Notes under the pieces: model-generated | Seen by the model: the letters and a program-made list of their open reading frames with translations, nothing else | Told to the model about the DNA's origin: nothing | Database searches by the model: none | Made by a program: the position numbers and the translations under genes | Source: Hyphochytrium catenoides | Lineage: Eukaryota; Protista; Hyphochytriomycota | NCBI GenBank assembly: GCA_900088475.1 | Contig: FLMG01003771.1 | Location: forward strand, 1 to 33,466 | Direction of reading: 5' to 3' | Length of the DNA: 33,466 nucleotides | In this document: in pieces, positions 21,844 to 33,466 of the stretch | Position numbering within the stretch: position 1 is the stretch's first letter | Layout: each line of letters opens with the position of its first letter

Positions 21844-24800
21844 TCAGCTGATTCTCAAGTAGTTGATATCAAGGACAGGGAATTGGCCCCAGAGGACAAA
21901 AAGGACAGATCCCCAGGCAATAAGAAGAGCAACAGCAAGAAAGAGATATGTCAACCCTCTTCTTCTCGTGCCACCCAGCATGCGGCGTACTTCTTCCTGC
22001 AAGATGGAGGAAGACGAAAGCGGTCTACCATCGGCTCCACAAAAGTCATAGTAGGGTACTAGAGCCACTCCTCTTAGGGTTGGCTCTTCTCCTCCTTCTT
22101 CCTCACCTACTTCTGGTCTTTCATCTGGTGCCTCAACGCAGACTCTTTCCCTACCTTCTGCTGTCTTACGGCATAACCGAAAGGGAGGGCCAGATGGACA
22201 GAGAATGGCGGCAGGCTCTATCGATACAACCTTGGAGGGTCTCTTGATTTGATAAGACCCTAACTCTTTCCGCTGCTCACGTCCTTCGGTTCCCAGGTTT
22301 ATACCGTCTCCCTCCTGCTGTAGAGCTTGCCCGTTTCTCCCGTTGTCTTCCGTCTTCATTCGTCGTATGATTTCCGCGTCTATACCATTGTTTGTTTCTT
22401 CTTCTGGGCTACTCTCAGGTGGACAAGCCTCTTGTCTCTCTTTGACCCTGTCCATCTTTCTTGTCTTAGAGTTGCACTGCTGATAATGCCTTACGAGCCA
22501 GAGAAGGGCCACACCTCGAACGACAAGGAGACGAATTACAGAGAGCACCAGAAAGGTCACTCCTGTAATACCTCCTCTCAGGATAGTGAGATGAATATAC
22601 TCTTCAGCCACACACTCTGTGTCAGTGATGGAGGAGAGAAGAATCTCTTCATTCGGACCCATGCAAGTGAGAGCGCAGGTAGGTATAGAGGTACACGAGA
22701 AGGAACCGTCTCGAAAGTCAGAGTCATTCAGGAAGTAGAAGCTACGAAATGAAGAATATGGAGGGGGGAGTTCTGCTGCTGGAGAGTCCTGGATTTGGAC
22801 GCCCGAAAAGTTAAGGCGCTTGCAGCGCTCTAGCCGAAGAGCCAGCGGAGCATCTTCGATGTCAGCATCCAGTGCCGAAGAGGAAGAAAACGAAGCTTGA
22901 GTGGCTGGTGCCCCTAGGGTGGTGATGTTGACACATGTGCTCAAAGCCCATATGTTCCTAAGCGTCTTGTTCAAGGCTTGAAACTCCCTTTGGTACGACA
23001 CTAGAAGAGAACCAGAAGAACAGTCGAACCAATAAGAATGCTTAAAAGCAAGGCTATGTACAGACAAAGAGCCCCGGACCAAATGAGGGGAGGAGGCATT
23101 GATACGTGAATAACCAGAGGTTTGACGCCGACTGAGTTGTTGGCACCTGCTAAAGCCAATAAAGTGGGCTACTTGAGCTCACTTTTACCTGAGGCTTCCT
23201 GCTGCTCAAAAACAGACGTTTCCCCATTTTGGGCGCAAACAAGCCGTCTGCGAAGGTTATAGCTCTCGATAGCCTAACGAGCAAAAAAATCGTATGGGTT
23301 AAGAGACAAGACCAGCAAGCTTGAGCGCCAGCCACAAAGAGAGAGCCAACCCTTTAGGTAGAAACCACCGAGTAATTAGTTCACAGACAACCCTATAACC
23401 TGCTCTGTACTCTTTTGTTGTCGTTCTTGACTCCTTGGATAACGTTTGACAACAAGTATCTGCCTGACTTACCTTCACGTGCTCAAGCTGAGCCGCTATT
23501 GCAGCAATGTTGTAGGCGATTGTAAAGAGGTTTTTACTTAAAAACGTCCCGTTTGCACTATGTACGCAGCCAGAAAGGAAGGCTTCGTACCAGGGAACAT
23601 ACACTTGGACCAGGATACTGAGTGCAATGGACCTAGACATCCCGTTCGTATCGCAAAGGTAAAGTTAAAGGGTCGTTGACAAAAACGAGAAAGAAGAATA
23701 GGACCTGGGAAACCAGCACAGTTACATGCCTGCCATAGGAAGAGAAGCACAAAGGGTAGTGAACCTATGGAAACGAATATTGCGAAGATATACAGGAGAC
23801 AAATGACGAGAAATAACGAACTTCCGTCTATGAAAAGCTGTGAAGTTGTAAGCCGTGGCGATCATAAGAAGAGTCGAGGTGGATAATGGAATATGATATG
23901 CCCCTTTCGAATGAAGTTGAGGCCAAGAAGGGGCAAAAGATAGGCTGTAGGGAGAGAGGCAGTGGGCACATGAAGGCACTTCCTAGAGCGAAAAAAGAGA
24001 CATGAGTAACTGGTGATGAAACATAAGGGAAAAGAGCTAGATGGAAGAGATTTTCTACCCGAGGAGAAGAGCAACTGGGAACAGTACGTAAGGACTAAGC
24101 AACATCCCGAGGGCTCCAGCGACAAGGGGACTCGTGGTGGTCGAAAAGGGAGACGACGATGACAGCGAAGAGGAGGAGAGCGAAAAAAAAGTCCCCATCC
24201 AGCGATGTCTTCCTCTCAAGTCAATAGGAGAGATGCCAATATCAGCCTCTCGGTGTAGCCGCAGAAACACTTCAGCTGTCTTAATAGCGCGAAGGAGAAT
24301 GTCCATTCGGAAGAGAGCAGTAGGGAATTCTTCGACCAAGGCAACCAGCCAGCTCAAATCCAGATCCAGATCCAGGGGTTTAAGAGAGGCGAGAGAAAGC
24401 GAGAGACTGGATAAGCCGAATCCGGAAAGAGCCGACAAAAGAGAAGTATTGACGCTAACTGCCGCCTCTTTGCTCTGCTCAAACGATCTCCTATAACAGA
24501 AGGAAGAGAGAGGAGACGAGCAAGCGAGAAGCAATCCAATCGCCAGCCAGGGACAAAAAGGTTAGGCTAGACCCATACCGAGTACTCCTCTAAACATTTT
24601 AAAAGTGGCTTCTTACAAGGATGCGTTTTTCAGAGCTTCCTTATAGGCTGTCATGCTGGTCTGCAAACTCTCTTCCGCATTCTGAAGCTCTAACTGCAGC
24701 CTCAGCTCCATGGTGTTCGCCGCCGCTCGAATTTCTCCTATCGAGTCATTAGTAGGTGGAGGCTGATAAGGAGGAAGCGAGAATATGCTAGAGACACGAA

Positions 24801-27325
24801 CGGCGAGGGCAGCCTCGACATTCTGCTTCCATCTCGCGACTGACTGGTTTAAGGCTTGAAAATCGTCCGCCTTCTCTTTTAAAAATTTGTCAAAGGCTGC
24901 TACTGCCTCTCGTTCGTCAGGCAGTGGAAAGGAAGGTAGCGTGAAATCTTCCAAGAGAGGTGGGGAAGAGAGAGATAATGAGAGAAAGGAGAGAGCTTCA
25001 ATCATGTCCATGCCATGCAACCCCAAAGTGTCCACCGCGGAGCGTAACTCTGGAAGGATGGACATCATAGAGTCGGCTGCTTCACTTAGTCTCTGGTTTG
25101 TAAAAGAGCAATGCGACATTAGAGACTATACACTGCACAATCAAGACTTTCAGAGGGTTCAATGGAGGTACCCTGGCTGTGAATGGAAGGCACGGAGGCG
25201 AAAATCCTCAAAGAAAGCATCGAGGCAGCAATGACATCAGCACAAAGAGAGCACACAAAATATAAGAGTCAAAGGGGCCGACGTAAATAATAGGTCGAGA
25301 CCGATGAGAGATGAGGAGCAAAAGGGAGGGACCGAGAGATACTACGAGTGGATAGATACAGAGTAGCCAAAACGAGCATGTATGAATCGAATGTTATATA
25401 AGGGAAGAGAATCAAAGAGAGACGAACATGGTTAAAAGCAGAGGATAATCCACTGAAGAACAAAGGACTGATGATGGACAAGGCTGCCAGAAACTGAACA
25501 ATAGCAAATATTAGAGGCCGCTAGGAACACCACTTGAGAGCACCTGGAACAATTCAGAGAGGGTCTGCTTGCTCTTCCAGTAGCTCTCGAAGTTCTCCTC
25601 GATATTTTTGTGGAAGTCTTCTACCACTGCGCCGTACACCGCCATCACTTCTCCCACTCCACAGCCTTTGCTTCCCTCTTTTGTGCAAACCCGTAGGTCT
25701 TCGTAGGACGAGGAGATGAGGGAGAATAGCGAGGACGACAAGGAAGAGAGAAGGAGGAGTTCCTCGGGCGTGGATTGTTTAAGAAGGGTGGAGAAATGTT
25801 TTTCCACCTGGAGGGTATAGTTTCTATCGTACTCCATGCGCTTCTTCACGGGCAGTAGGGCCTTAGTAGGTGTGGACAAGGAGAGAATATGTGAGCAATG
25901 TGACGGTAAGGCCCCAGGACGGCGACGACGAAAGCCAAGAAGACCGTTAGTGGAGAGGAGAGGCTTATGGATATAACTGGTAGGACTATTGGCAGGCATC
26001 AGTAAGTCTAAGAATGATCTCCTGACTACCTGCTCAGTGTGATTATTAAACTCTTCCACGGACTGTGAGATGGATGCCATCGATGACGAGAGTGCTGTTG
26101 AAGAGGAAGGTGTGGAGAGGGACGTAGAGCTTCCTAATGTCGCTGCAAGCTCGCCATCGGGCACTTCTTCACACGCCAAAGCTAGCATATTGAGGAGAAG
26201 TGGATAGAGAAGTGTAGGAGAAATCGGGACGGATCGTAGATAGAATAACGCCATTCTCTAGTTAGTAGCAAGCATCATCCCATAGAGAACTTACGGCAAC
26301 AATAGGCGGAAAGACAGGAAGGCAAGTAGTAACGAGAATGAGCACAATAGTGCAGTGTAGAGGCCTTCCACCTGTATCTCCTCCTTTTCCCTGCTGCATA
26401 ACAAGAGCCTCTTCTAGATCTTTTTCAACCTTGGAGCCTTAAAAAGCGACAAGATTTATGGTCAGAAGGGAAAAGGTCTTAGGGGAAACACTCCTTGTGT
26501 CAATACGGTGGTCTAGACCGTGCTCTAGCGATTGGAAGACTTAATGAGATAGAGAAAGAAGAGATAGAAAGAAAGACCTTATGAGGCGTCCTCATTGGAG
26601 CAGAAGGCAATCCTAAGTATGTACCCAAGACCAAGCTGTCTCGTGAAAGAACTAAACGAACTCCCCACAATAGCAGGGTGGCGACGAGAAGGAGTGGAGG
26701 GACAACAGATTATTTGAAAGAATAGGTAGATGGCGGTCAACAACGTACAGTAACTTTTCATCTGTCCCATAGCCTCCAGCTGTCTCGCAGCTCTCTCTCT
26801 AGCTCTTTTGACTCGGTCGTGCTCGGTCTCCATGGAAAGATACAGCTTCGTGTCGCACTGTGCCCTCTGCCTCTCGATACACGCAGAGTTACGGTTCTGA
26901 AGGAGAAGAGTGATGTTGACCGCCGCCTTGATCTCAGTGAAGATTGCAGCAAGAGGGGTAAAACGAGGAAGGAGGATATCTGTGACAGAGTAAGAGAATT
27001 GCAAACTAGCAATCCATAGAAGAGAGGAGGAGAGGACACATAGGGAGAGCCGCCTAAAGGTGACGGCTGAGACTGAGGAGAAAAGGGAAGGAGACGATTC
27101 CATCGGCTTCCTCTTAATCTTTCCGGAAGGGGACTGGGTCAGCTTATCTCTACGTCCCGTCTGATCAAGCTTCGACTCTTCAAGCTTTCTCTCAAGAAAG
27201 CTCCGCTTATCTTCACTCTGCCCCTGTCTCGGCGAAGGAGAGGAAGGAGGGAGCGGCTCCGTCGGAGACACATTTCGCTGCTCTTTGCCTAGGCTGAGAT
27301 TTTCTCCTTCCTCTTCTTGCATCAT
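21844..27325 (-). CDS. Uncharacterised large multi-pass membrane protein, ~1135 aa, 9 predicted exons
   Basis: Phase-consistent exons: 27325..26749, 26437..26372, 26181..26030, 25861..25544, 25092..24617, 24490..24059, 23617..23473, 23273..23189 and 23000..21844 (3408 nt). Hydrophobic segments are LSLCVLSSSLLWIASLQFSYSV, ALGMLLSPYVLFPVALLLGILVQVYV, GGITGVTFLVLSVIRLLVVRGVALLWLV and LTYLFLAVALLIAWGSVLFVLW. The loops are helical and contain Cys residues and N-x-S/T sequons. Confidence 0.8.
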
Positions 27326-28487
27326 TGTTCCTTTTCTTTCTCTAAATCCCTCTCTATTGCTGTCTTGGAAGACCTTTCTGTCTCCACCTCCTACTCTGCG
27401 AGTGGGCCCTTCTAAGCTGTTGGACTGAAAAAATTTTGTTGGCGAAGTTCAGTGAGTCCAAAGACAACTTTACCTCGAGCTTCAATGGATAATTTGTGAT
27501 ACTCCCGCCTTCGTCCAAGATAAAGTGCGCAGCCCTTGGTAGCCATCTATGGCTCCATATTCGCCCTGGTCCCGCCAGAGAGAGAAAGAGGAGGAGTGAT
27601 GGGATCTGGAGTTCATTTCCAGACGTCTTGCGTTTCTTCCACCCGACTGGGTTGCCTACCGGTGCCTGACTGCCGTCCTCTCTGTGCTAACGAGGACCAT
27701 CTACTGCAGACGAAGCACAAGCCTGCCGATCCACTAGGCTCCAGAGGGACACGCGACATTGGAGAGAAGATATTGCTTATGCGTAAGGCGTGGGAACCCT
27801 CGCCCATAGAGAGCAACAGCACTGAGGACAGCAAGGTGGAGTGAGAGAGCCTAGGTTCCTACTCTGTCTGCGATTGTGGGCTGAGAATGAGGAAGGCAAA
27901 CCCGCATCATCCGAAGGTGGAAGGTGAGTGCAGATCCTGTAACGCCGCTGCCTCTTCGTATCTTTCCCATCATACAAGCGGTTGAGGATAAGGTAGCCAA
28001 AGACCCCAAGGCCTATGAGTATGCATAATTAAGGTTAATCCTCAGGGTGAGCGTGCCCTTGTATTGTGAACAGGTTCACCACTTCAGCATCTTTCATACC
28101 GCTAACGGCGCTATATCTTGGATACCCAATAATGTGGGCTTGGCATTATAATATTCTACGCCCATGAAAGTAAGATGTTTTCTGGGTATCCGGGTCCAGG
28201 ATTTTCCCTTCATTCATCAGAAAAGATCGCCTGAGATGACACGAAGTCAAAGATCGAATCGAGCTTTGACGACCTGCCGCCCGCTGACAAGCTGGGTCGT
28301 TCCAGACAGACCTTTGTCGACGCCATTGCCTGTCACGCCACCGCAGGCTCACATTTGCAGGTCTCGTTCCTGAAGCTGCGTCTATAGGCTCTCACGGACG
28401 AGTAGCTTGCTGCGTGCTTTGATTCCGCACAATTGTGCTTTAGTTCGTCATCTCTAGCCATTTCTTGCGGGTGCTTGACGCCGAAAA

Positions 28488-31400
28488 ATGACGATTGTGG
28501 TCCAGGATTTTAGCATTCCTGCCCGGCATGCACGGAGCAATGTACTGGTGGTGGGAGAGAAGGCACTGCTCCTGCGTTATACTAAGCCCTCCACGCCAGA
28601 GAGCAACTGGCTCCTAGGGATCCTGGAAGGAAGCTCCGGGCAAGGGTGGGGAATGCTGACTTCATTATACGTTGTGCAAAGCTGATCCTTGACTTCTTCA
28701 GCGTTCTAAGGTTCCCTTGTAGTCTCTGTATCACTTCTGCAGGTGGTCTCTCTTGTTTGTGTCCTCGTTCACTCTATTGTCTTCGCAATTTTAGCCACTT
28801 GTATTTATCACTCTATACCCAAACGAAGAGCTGCGTTCTTTCTAAGGTAATCCGTCTCTCTTTGGTTAGTCCCGCCGAAGAGGAAGGGAGCCACAGGCGG
28901 AAGAAGTCCCGCACGGAGTCCGTAGACTTTCGAAGGGTGGACACTCATCTGCTTCATCAAGTTTCAGAGCTCCTGACACCAAGTGCGCATTAATTTCTTG
29001 AGTGCTCATTCTTTGCTGGTGACTCATCAACCAAACGCTGGAACTCTCTCCCTTTGGTTCCCCTCTCCCCCTTGGTCCCCATCCTGGGTCCTGCTTCCTC
29101 AGCTAATGAAGTGGGCTCCTCATTGGAGACCTTCCTGCCTTACTCTGAACATGGCGCTCGTCGAATAGTCCTCTGCGCCCTTCCAACAGGTAATTTTATA
29201 CTCATGCTTCTCCTGCTTGCCCTTTCGTACTGGCGTTTCGTACTGAATTGCTTTGGGGGTGTCTTTAGACCATCAGATGGCTTCTTCTCGTCTCTCGCAT
29301 CAGTCTTTTCTCACCTTATTTGATCATCTACAGGGCACTCCCGCTATAACTGCCCGGCAAGGTAGGTTGAGGGCGGATTAGGCCATGGACTTTGCTTAGT
29401 CTTAGGGTTTTACCAGCATTCTCTGGATATGTTGCGTTCGCTCCCTCTTTGCTAACTTCACGCCATCCTGTGTCGATGCCTCTCTTGTTAGGCCACACGC
29501 GATCACTGATTTTATCAAAAGTAGAAAGGGAAAGGGATCCCTCGTCATCGTCATCCTTCTCTCCAACTCCCGCCTCGCCTTCGCCTCTGGAGCCGCGGTA
29601 GCAAGAGCTTTCCCACTCTACTCTCGGAAGGGAGGCAGCAAAAGAGGAATGCCTGCTCCAACCATTTCCCAGGAGAAAGACAGAGAAGATGGTGCACAAC
29701 CTGACCCTGTCTACCTATTGTTCAATGAGGTTTGGAACAGTCATTACAATCAATGTTCCGGCTACGCTTCCCCTCCTGCTGCAAAACTTTGTACATCGAG
29801 ATCTCCTGATTGTCTGCTATCGCCGCATTCAAGCTCCCTTTGCACCATAGCCGTTAGTTTCGGCCCGTCACCTTTCTGGCTTGACTTGATCTATCACTCT
29901 AACTAACCTATATTTATCCTCTGATATCCTTCTAGGTGGAGGACGAGGATGTCATCCGTATCCGAGAGACGGCAAAAAACATTCAGCTCTGTTGTCGACT
30001 GGTTGACGCACCGTGCAATGAGCTTCACACAGACTCGATGGTGGCTGAGGTAAGACAGCGATTTAGATATAGCATAGCAAGGAATATATATAGGGAATAG
30101 CATTAGAGACAGAGGCAACCTTTAGCTTGACACAGGGTTGAACGCTCAGCCATAAATAAGGAAACTAAGGCTAATCCTCTTATTTGCCAGGCAAAAAGCG
30201 CAGCAGCGTCTCTAGGAAATGTGAAAGTGACAGTCATTAGAGGAGAGGAGCTGAAGGTCAGAGGTGAGAAAGGGTGTGTTTCAATTCTTGGTCAACGCTG
30301 ACAGCTCCGTATCCTTTACGGAAAGTGTTCCAAGCATTGTGAGCCTCTGAACTCTCCTTCTGCAGCATTATAATCTTAACTACCTTGCGGTTCTTTCATC
30401 AATACTCCTAGGGTTTGGAGGTATTTATGGAGTTGGAAAGGCCTCGTCCCACCCTCCGGCGCTTGTAGTCCTCAGCTTCTTCCCGGAAGGAACAGAGGAG
30501 GGTACGGCTAAAGGATTAGCCATGGTGGGCAAGGGAATTGTCTACGATACGGGAGGACTTTCTATCAAGAGTATGTGGCTGACTGTCCTCCACCGTTCTG
30601 TCTGTCTGCCCCGAGGCGACGTTGCTTAAAGCATCGTGGAACCTCTTATAGCGCTAGGCTTTGTGGTTCTATCCCCGCTTCAGCTTATGCTTCTTAAGCC
30701 TGCCTGTACTTCGTCCTTCCTCTATCTTCAACCATTTGCTCCTGGGCTTGAGGATACTCATTCATGAAGCTTCAATTCCGGAACTTTTATTGTTTCTTCG
30801 CACCTCTCTAATATGGCTTTTGTCGTCGCTGCATGCATACTATTTTAGCCAAGGACGGAATGCCAGGCATGAAGAGAGACATGGGAGGGGCAGCCGCCGT
30901 GTTAGGTGCTTTCTGTGCTGCTGTTAAGAGCAACGCCTTCTCGCTTCCATTGCATGCGGTGCTGTGTCTTGCAGAAAATTCGGTGTCTGCAAACAGCACA
31001 CGGCCCGACGATATCCATACACTATATTCCGGGAAGACAGTGGAGGTGAATAATACGGATGCAGAGGGAAGGCTGGTCCTAAGCGATGGCGTGGTTTATG
31101 CCGCGAAGCACTTAAACCCCAGTGTCATTGTTGATATTGCGACCCTCACTGGCGCGCAAGGTGAGGCGTTTGCCACTTTGTGAGAAACGAGTGCCATAGA
31201 AGATATAAGGAGTTAGACTAGTGGTCAGAGAGAGAGAGAGAGTAGACTTTCACGATGGCATAAGAAGTGAACGTGGAGCAATGGTAACGGAGTAGAAACG
31301 ACGTACATGCAACTAAGGTCTGGCTGTGGATAAAACTGCCATGCTCTCCCTCTTCGTTCCCTGCGCTTTCTCTGTTTCGCTCTTCCGCTGACATCAATCT

Positions 31401-32196
31401 CTTTGAACCCTTCAAGCTATTGCCACGGGAAACAAGATCGCGTGCATTCTGACAAATAGTGAAGAGATGGAGAAGGTGGTTGTCAAAGCGGGCAAAGCTA
31501 GTGGTGACCTCTGCCACCCCGTCCCGTATTGTCCAGAGTTCTTTGCTCCTGAGTTTGCGAGCGCGGTAAGTATTAGCTCCTTCGTCTAATCCTTCGCGAT
31601 GTTACTGCCTCTTCATATATCTCCCTGGCCTCAGGCGATGACTGTACAACGTATTCACATGAGGACATTACATATCTCCCTTGTTGAACCGTTCCCTGTC
31701 CTAGGTGGCTGATATGAAGAATAGTGTGAAAAACAGGGCAAATGGGCAGGTTTCTTGCGCAGGTTAGTCCCCTAGCCCTTTGCTTCCTGCTCAATATTCC
31801 TGTTGCTGGCACACCTAGCCTCCCATCAACCATCTTCGCAGGACGCTTTTCCTGACTGGTCAAGTTACTTCTGTCTCTTGTGATTGACTTTGGACTACAT
31901 ATAATAGGACAGTTTATTGCCAATCATCTTGGAGACTGGCTGGGTAAGGGGATGTGGGCCCACATCGACTTCGCGGCTCCATCGTACACCGCAGGCGATG
32001 AGAGAGCGACTGGGTTTGGTGTGGCACTCTTTCAGGTGAGATTGGGAAAGGGACCACAAATACAGCGGAACGGAATTTTGCAGCCTGAGCACAGAGATGT
32101 CTGACTCTACCCGACCTTATTGCATATGATATTAGCTGACTTCCCTGTTCCTTATAGAGTATTCTGAAGGACATCGACGAAAAAATGACAAAGTGA
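28488..32196 (+). CDS. NPEPL1: M17 leucyl aminopeptidase family, NPEPL1-like, ~551 aa, 13 exons
   Basis: Exons: 28488..28645, 28870..28982, 29103..29189, 29334..29361, 29492..29729, 29936..30049, 30191..30263, 30412..30570, 30849..31160, 31417..31565, 31705..31762, 31908..32035 and 32158..32196 (1656 nt). The M17 metal/catalytic motifs are intact (VGKGIVYDTGGLSIK, MPGMKRDMGGA, NNTDAEGRLVLSDG, DIATLTGAQ). NPEPL1-type signatures are SRYNCP, VARAFPLYSRK, LVDAPCNELHTD, GFGGIYGVGKA, PEFFAPEFASAVADMKNSV and ERATGFGVAL. Confidence 0.95.
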
Positions 32197-32453
32197 GAAG
32201 AGGCTTTGTAAGCTGCAGAGTACGGCTATTGGGCCTTGAAGCAACGCACTCAAGAGAGCAAGAGGACACACAGCCAATGCTGTGCAACTATGCCTTCATC
32301 TGTCACACGGAGCGCTGCCCGCAAGAAGGAGAGAGGGTAGTAAACAGGGACCAGGGAAGGATAGTAGACACCGCACTATGTCAAAAGTAACTTTGTTTAT
32401 CCAGTGGTGGCATGAGTGAAGCGCTTTACATCCATCTTCTCCTCGTTCTTCCT

Positions 32454-32495
32454 TCTCTCTCTCTCTCTCTCTCTCTCTCCCTCTTCTCTCTCTTC
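32454..32495 (+). repeat. (CT)n microsatellite downstream of the aminopeptidase gene
   Basis: tctctctctctctctctctctctctccctcttctctctc seen directly. Confidence 0.9.
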
Positions 32496-33466
32496 CATTC
32501 TGCTCTCAGTCAGACAATGCACCCTGCAGCCTTGAGCGCAGCTGTACTTGCCTGGTCTTGTTCCCTTTCCCTTTCTTTACTTCCCGCATTTTATTGGCTT
32601 TATTATGGCGCGATGCTTGACCTTTGTTTGCACTTATGGGCGGAGCAACAAATGCGACCGCAATAGGACCAGAGGGAGAACTGGGTTGGTGGTAACGACT
32701 TCTCTTTACGGGAGTGACCTAGTACCTTATCACATACAGTCCTACAGTCCTTATCATCACTACCCATTCTTATACCAGAAAACTTTAAGCGACAATATTG
32801 GGGAGACAATGGGTTTCAGATCTTTCTATAGGATCAGAATCTTTTGGTCTCAAGACGCGACCTGCTGAAGCTTCAAAGTCCTAAAAGTCCTTGACGGAAG
32901 AAGGTCCTGAAACTCCACAAGAGACCGGCGGTAAGGCTAGAGAAGGCCGCCAGAGAACGATTGGCAAGCTTGAGCTGAGAACTGGAAAGCGCGAAAGCAG
33001 CACCTTTCACAGCCTCACTCCTTAGTCCAGACACTCGCTTACGGGATGAGGACAGTCTGAGGCAATCCAAGAACCAGAGGACTCAAAACATTGTCTAGGA
33101 ACATGCTGTGCTCTCCCAATAGAGTACTTTGCCGCCGTGGCCCAACCCCGAGCTCTTCTGTTACAGAATTTTGGAACTATAGCAGGAGGCTCCCGGTATC
33201 TGCTCCCCAGATCTTGACTCTCGGTCCTCCCTCCGTAGTTGCTGCTCTCGGTGTTGTCTCTTTGTCATCCTTCACCTATCATAGGTCTTCCGCAACATAT
33301 TCAAGCTTGACAAAGACCCTCCACAGGCTGTAGCAGCGGCTGACAAAGGACTCCAACCCAAGCGGCAAGAGTTGTTTCATACTTCATTTACTCCGCTGGT
33401 CTCTTCTCCCAACAATGGCCGGTCATCTAGCTCAAACGGAATCGTTGCTTCTCTATACTCAAGGGA

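Noticed and set aside
23400-23472. Read-through extension VSQADTCCQTLSKESRTTTKEYRA in the membrane protein
   Set aside because: A perfect AAG|GTAAGT donor at 23472 plus the phase-compatible exon 23273..23189 gives a better model.
21844-27325. Fragmented ORFs read as a pseudogene or stop-codon reassignment
   Set aside because: Every stop and frame change falls within a plausible GT-AG intron, and the standard code gives a continuous frame.
27400-28480. Short ORFs between the membrane-protein and aminopeptidase starts
   Set aside because: No coherent exon chain or homology on either strand. Treated as divergent promoter/UTR sequence.
635-32196. PA200 and an aminopeptidase in one window as a proteolysis gene cluster
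   Set aside because: They are 15 kb apart with unrelated genes between them. Nothing suggests co-regulation, so chance neighbourhood is the simplest explanation unless synteny is conserved.
32800-33466. Possible coding fragments at the right edge of the window
   Set aside because: Frames on both strands are interrupted by stops and I could not build a consistent spliced model. It may belong to a gene beyond the window.
1-33466. CRISPR arrays, tRNA/rRNA genes, transposons or viral genes
   Set aside because: No repeat-spacer periodicity, cloverleaf or rRNA motifs, terminal repeats, or transposase/RT motifs were seen by eye.

Overview
This is eukaryotic nuclear DNA from a compact but very intron-rich genome. 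Introns are mostly about 60-450 nt, and CT/GA microsatellites are common. I see no prokaryotic features, CRISPR array, rRNA/tRNA or recognisable transposon. The supplied ORF track mostly shows exon fragments or antisense shadows, so I rebuilt the genes by hand from splice signals and reading-frame phase. Five complete spliced genes and one partial gene are supported: (1) the 3' end of an unidentified + strand gene (1-395); (2) a ~40-exon proteasome activator PA200/Blm10 (PSME4) on the - strand (13056-635), ending in the hallmark YYA motif; (3) a 9-exon ~719-aa protein with two tandem PX domains (14964-18835, +); (4) a 2-exon 189-aa secreted Tyr/Pro/Lys- and Asp-rich protein with a C-terminal 6-Cys module (20804-21527, +); (5) a 9-exon ~1135-aa multi-pass membrane protein with two large Cys-containing loops (27325-21844, -); (6) a 13-exon M17 aminopeptidase of the NPEPL1 type (28488-32196, +). 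A possible small spliced - strand gene lies at ~19079-19816. The best novelty candidates are the orphan membrane protein, the secreted Tyr-rich protein and the double-PX protein. I found no demonstrable new multi-gene system, and the organism cannot be identified with confidence (probably a protist; this is inference).
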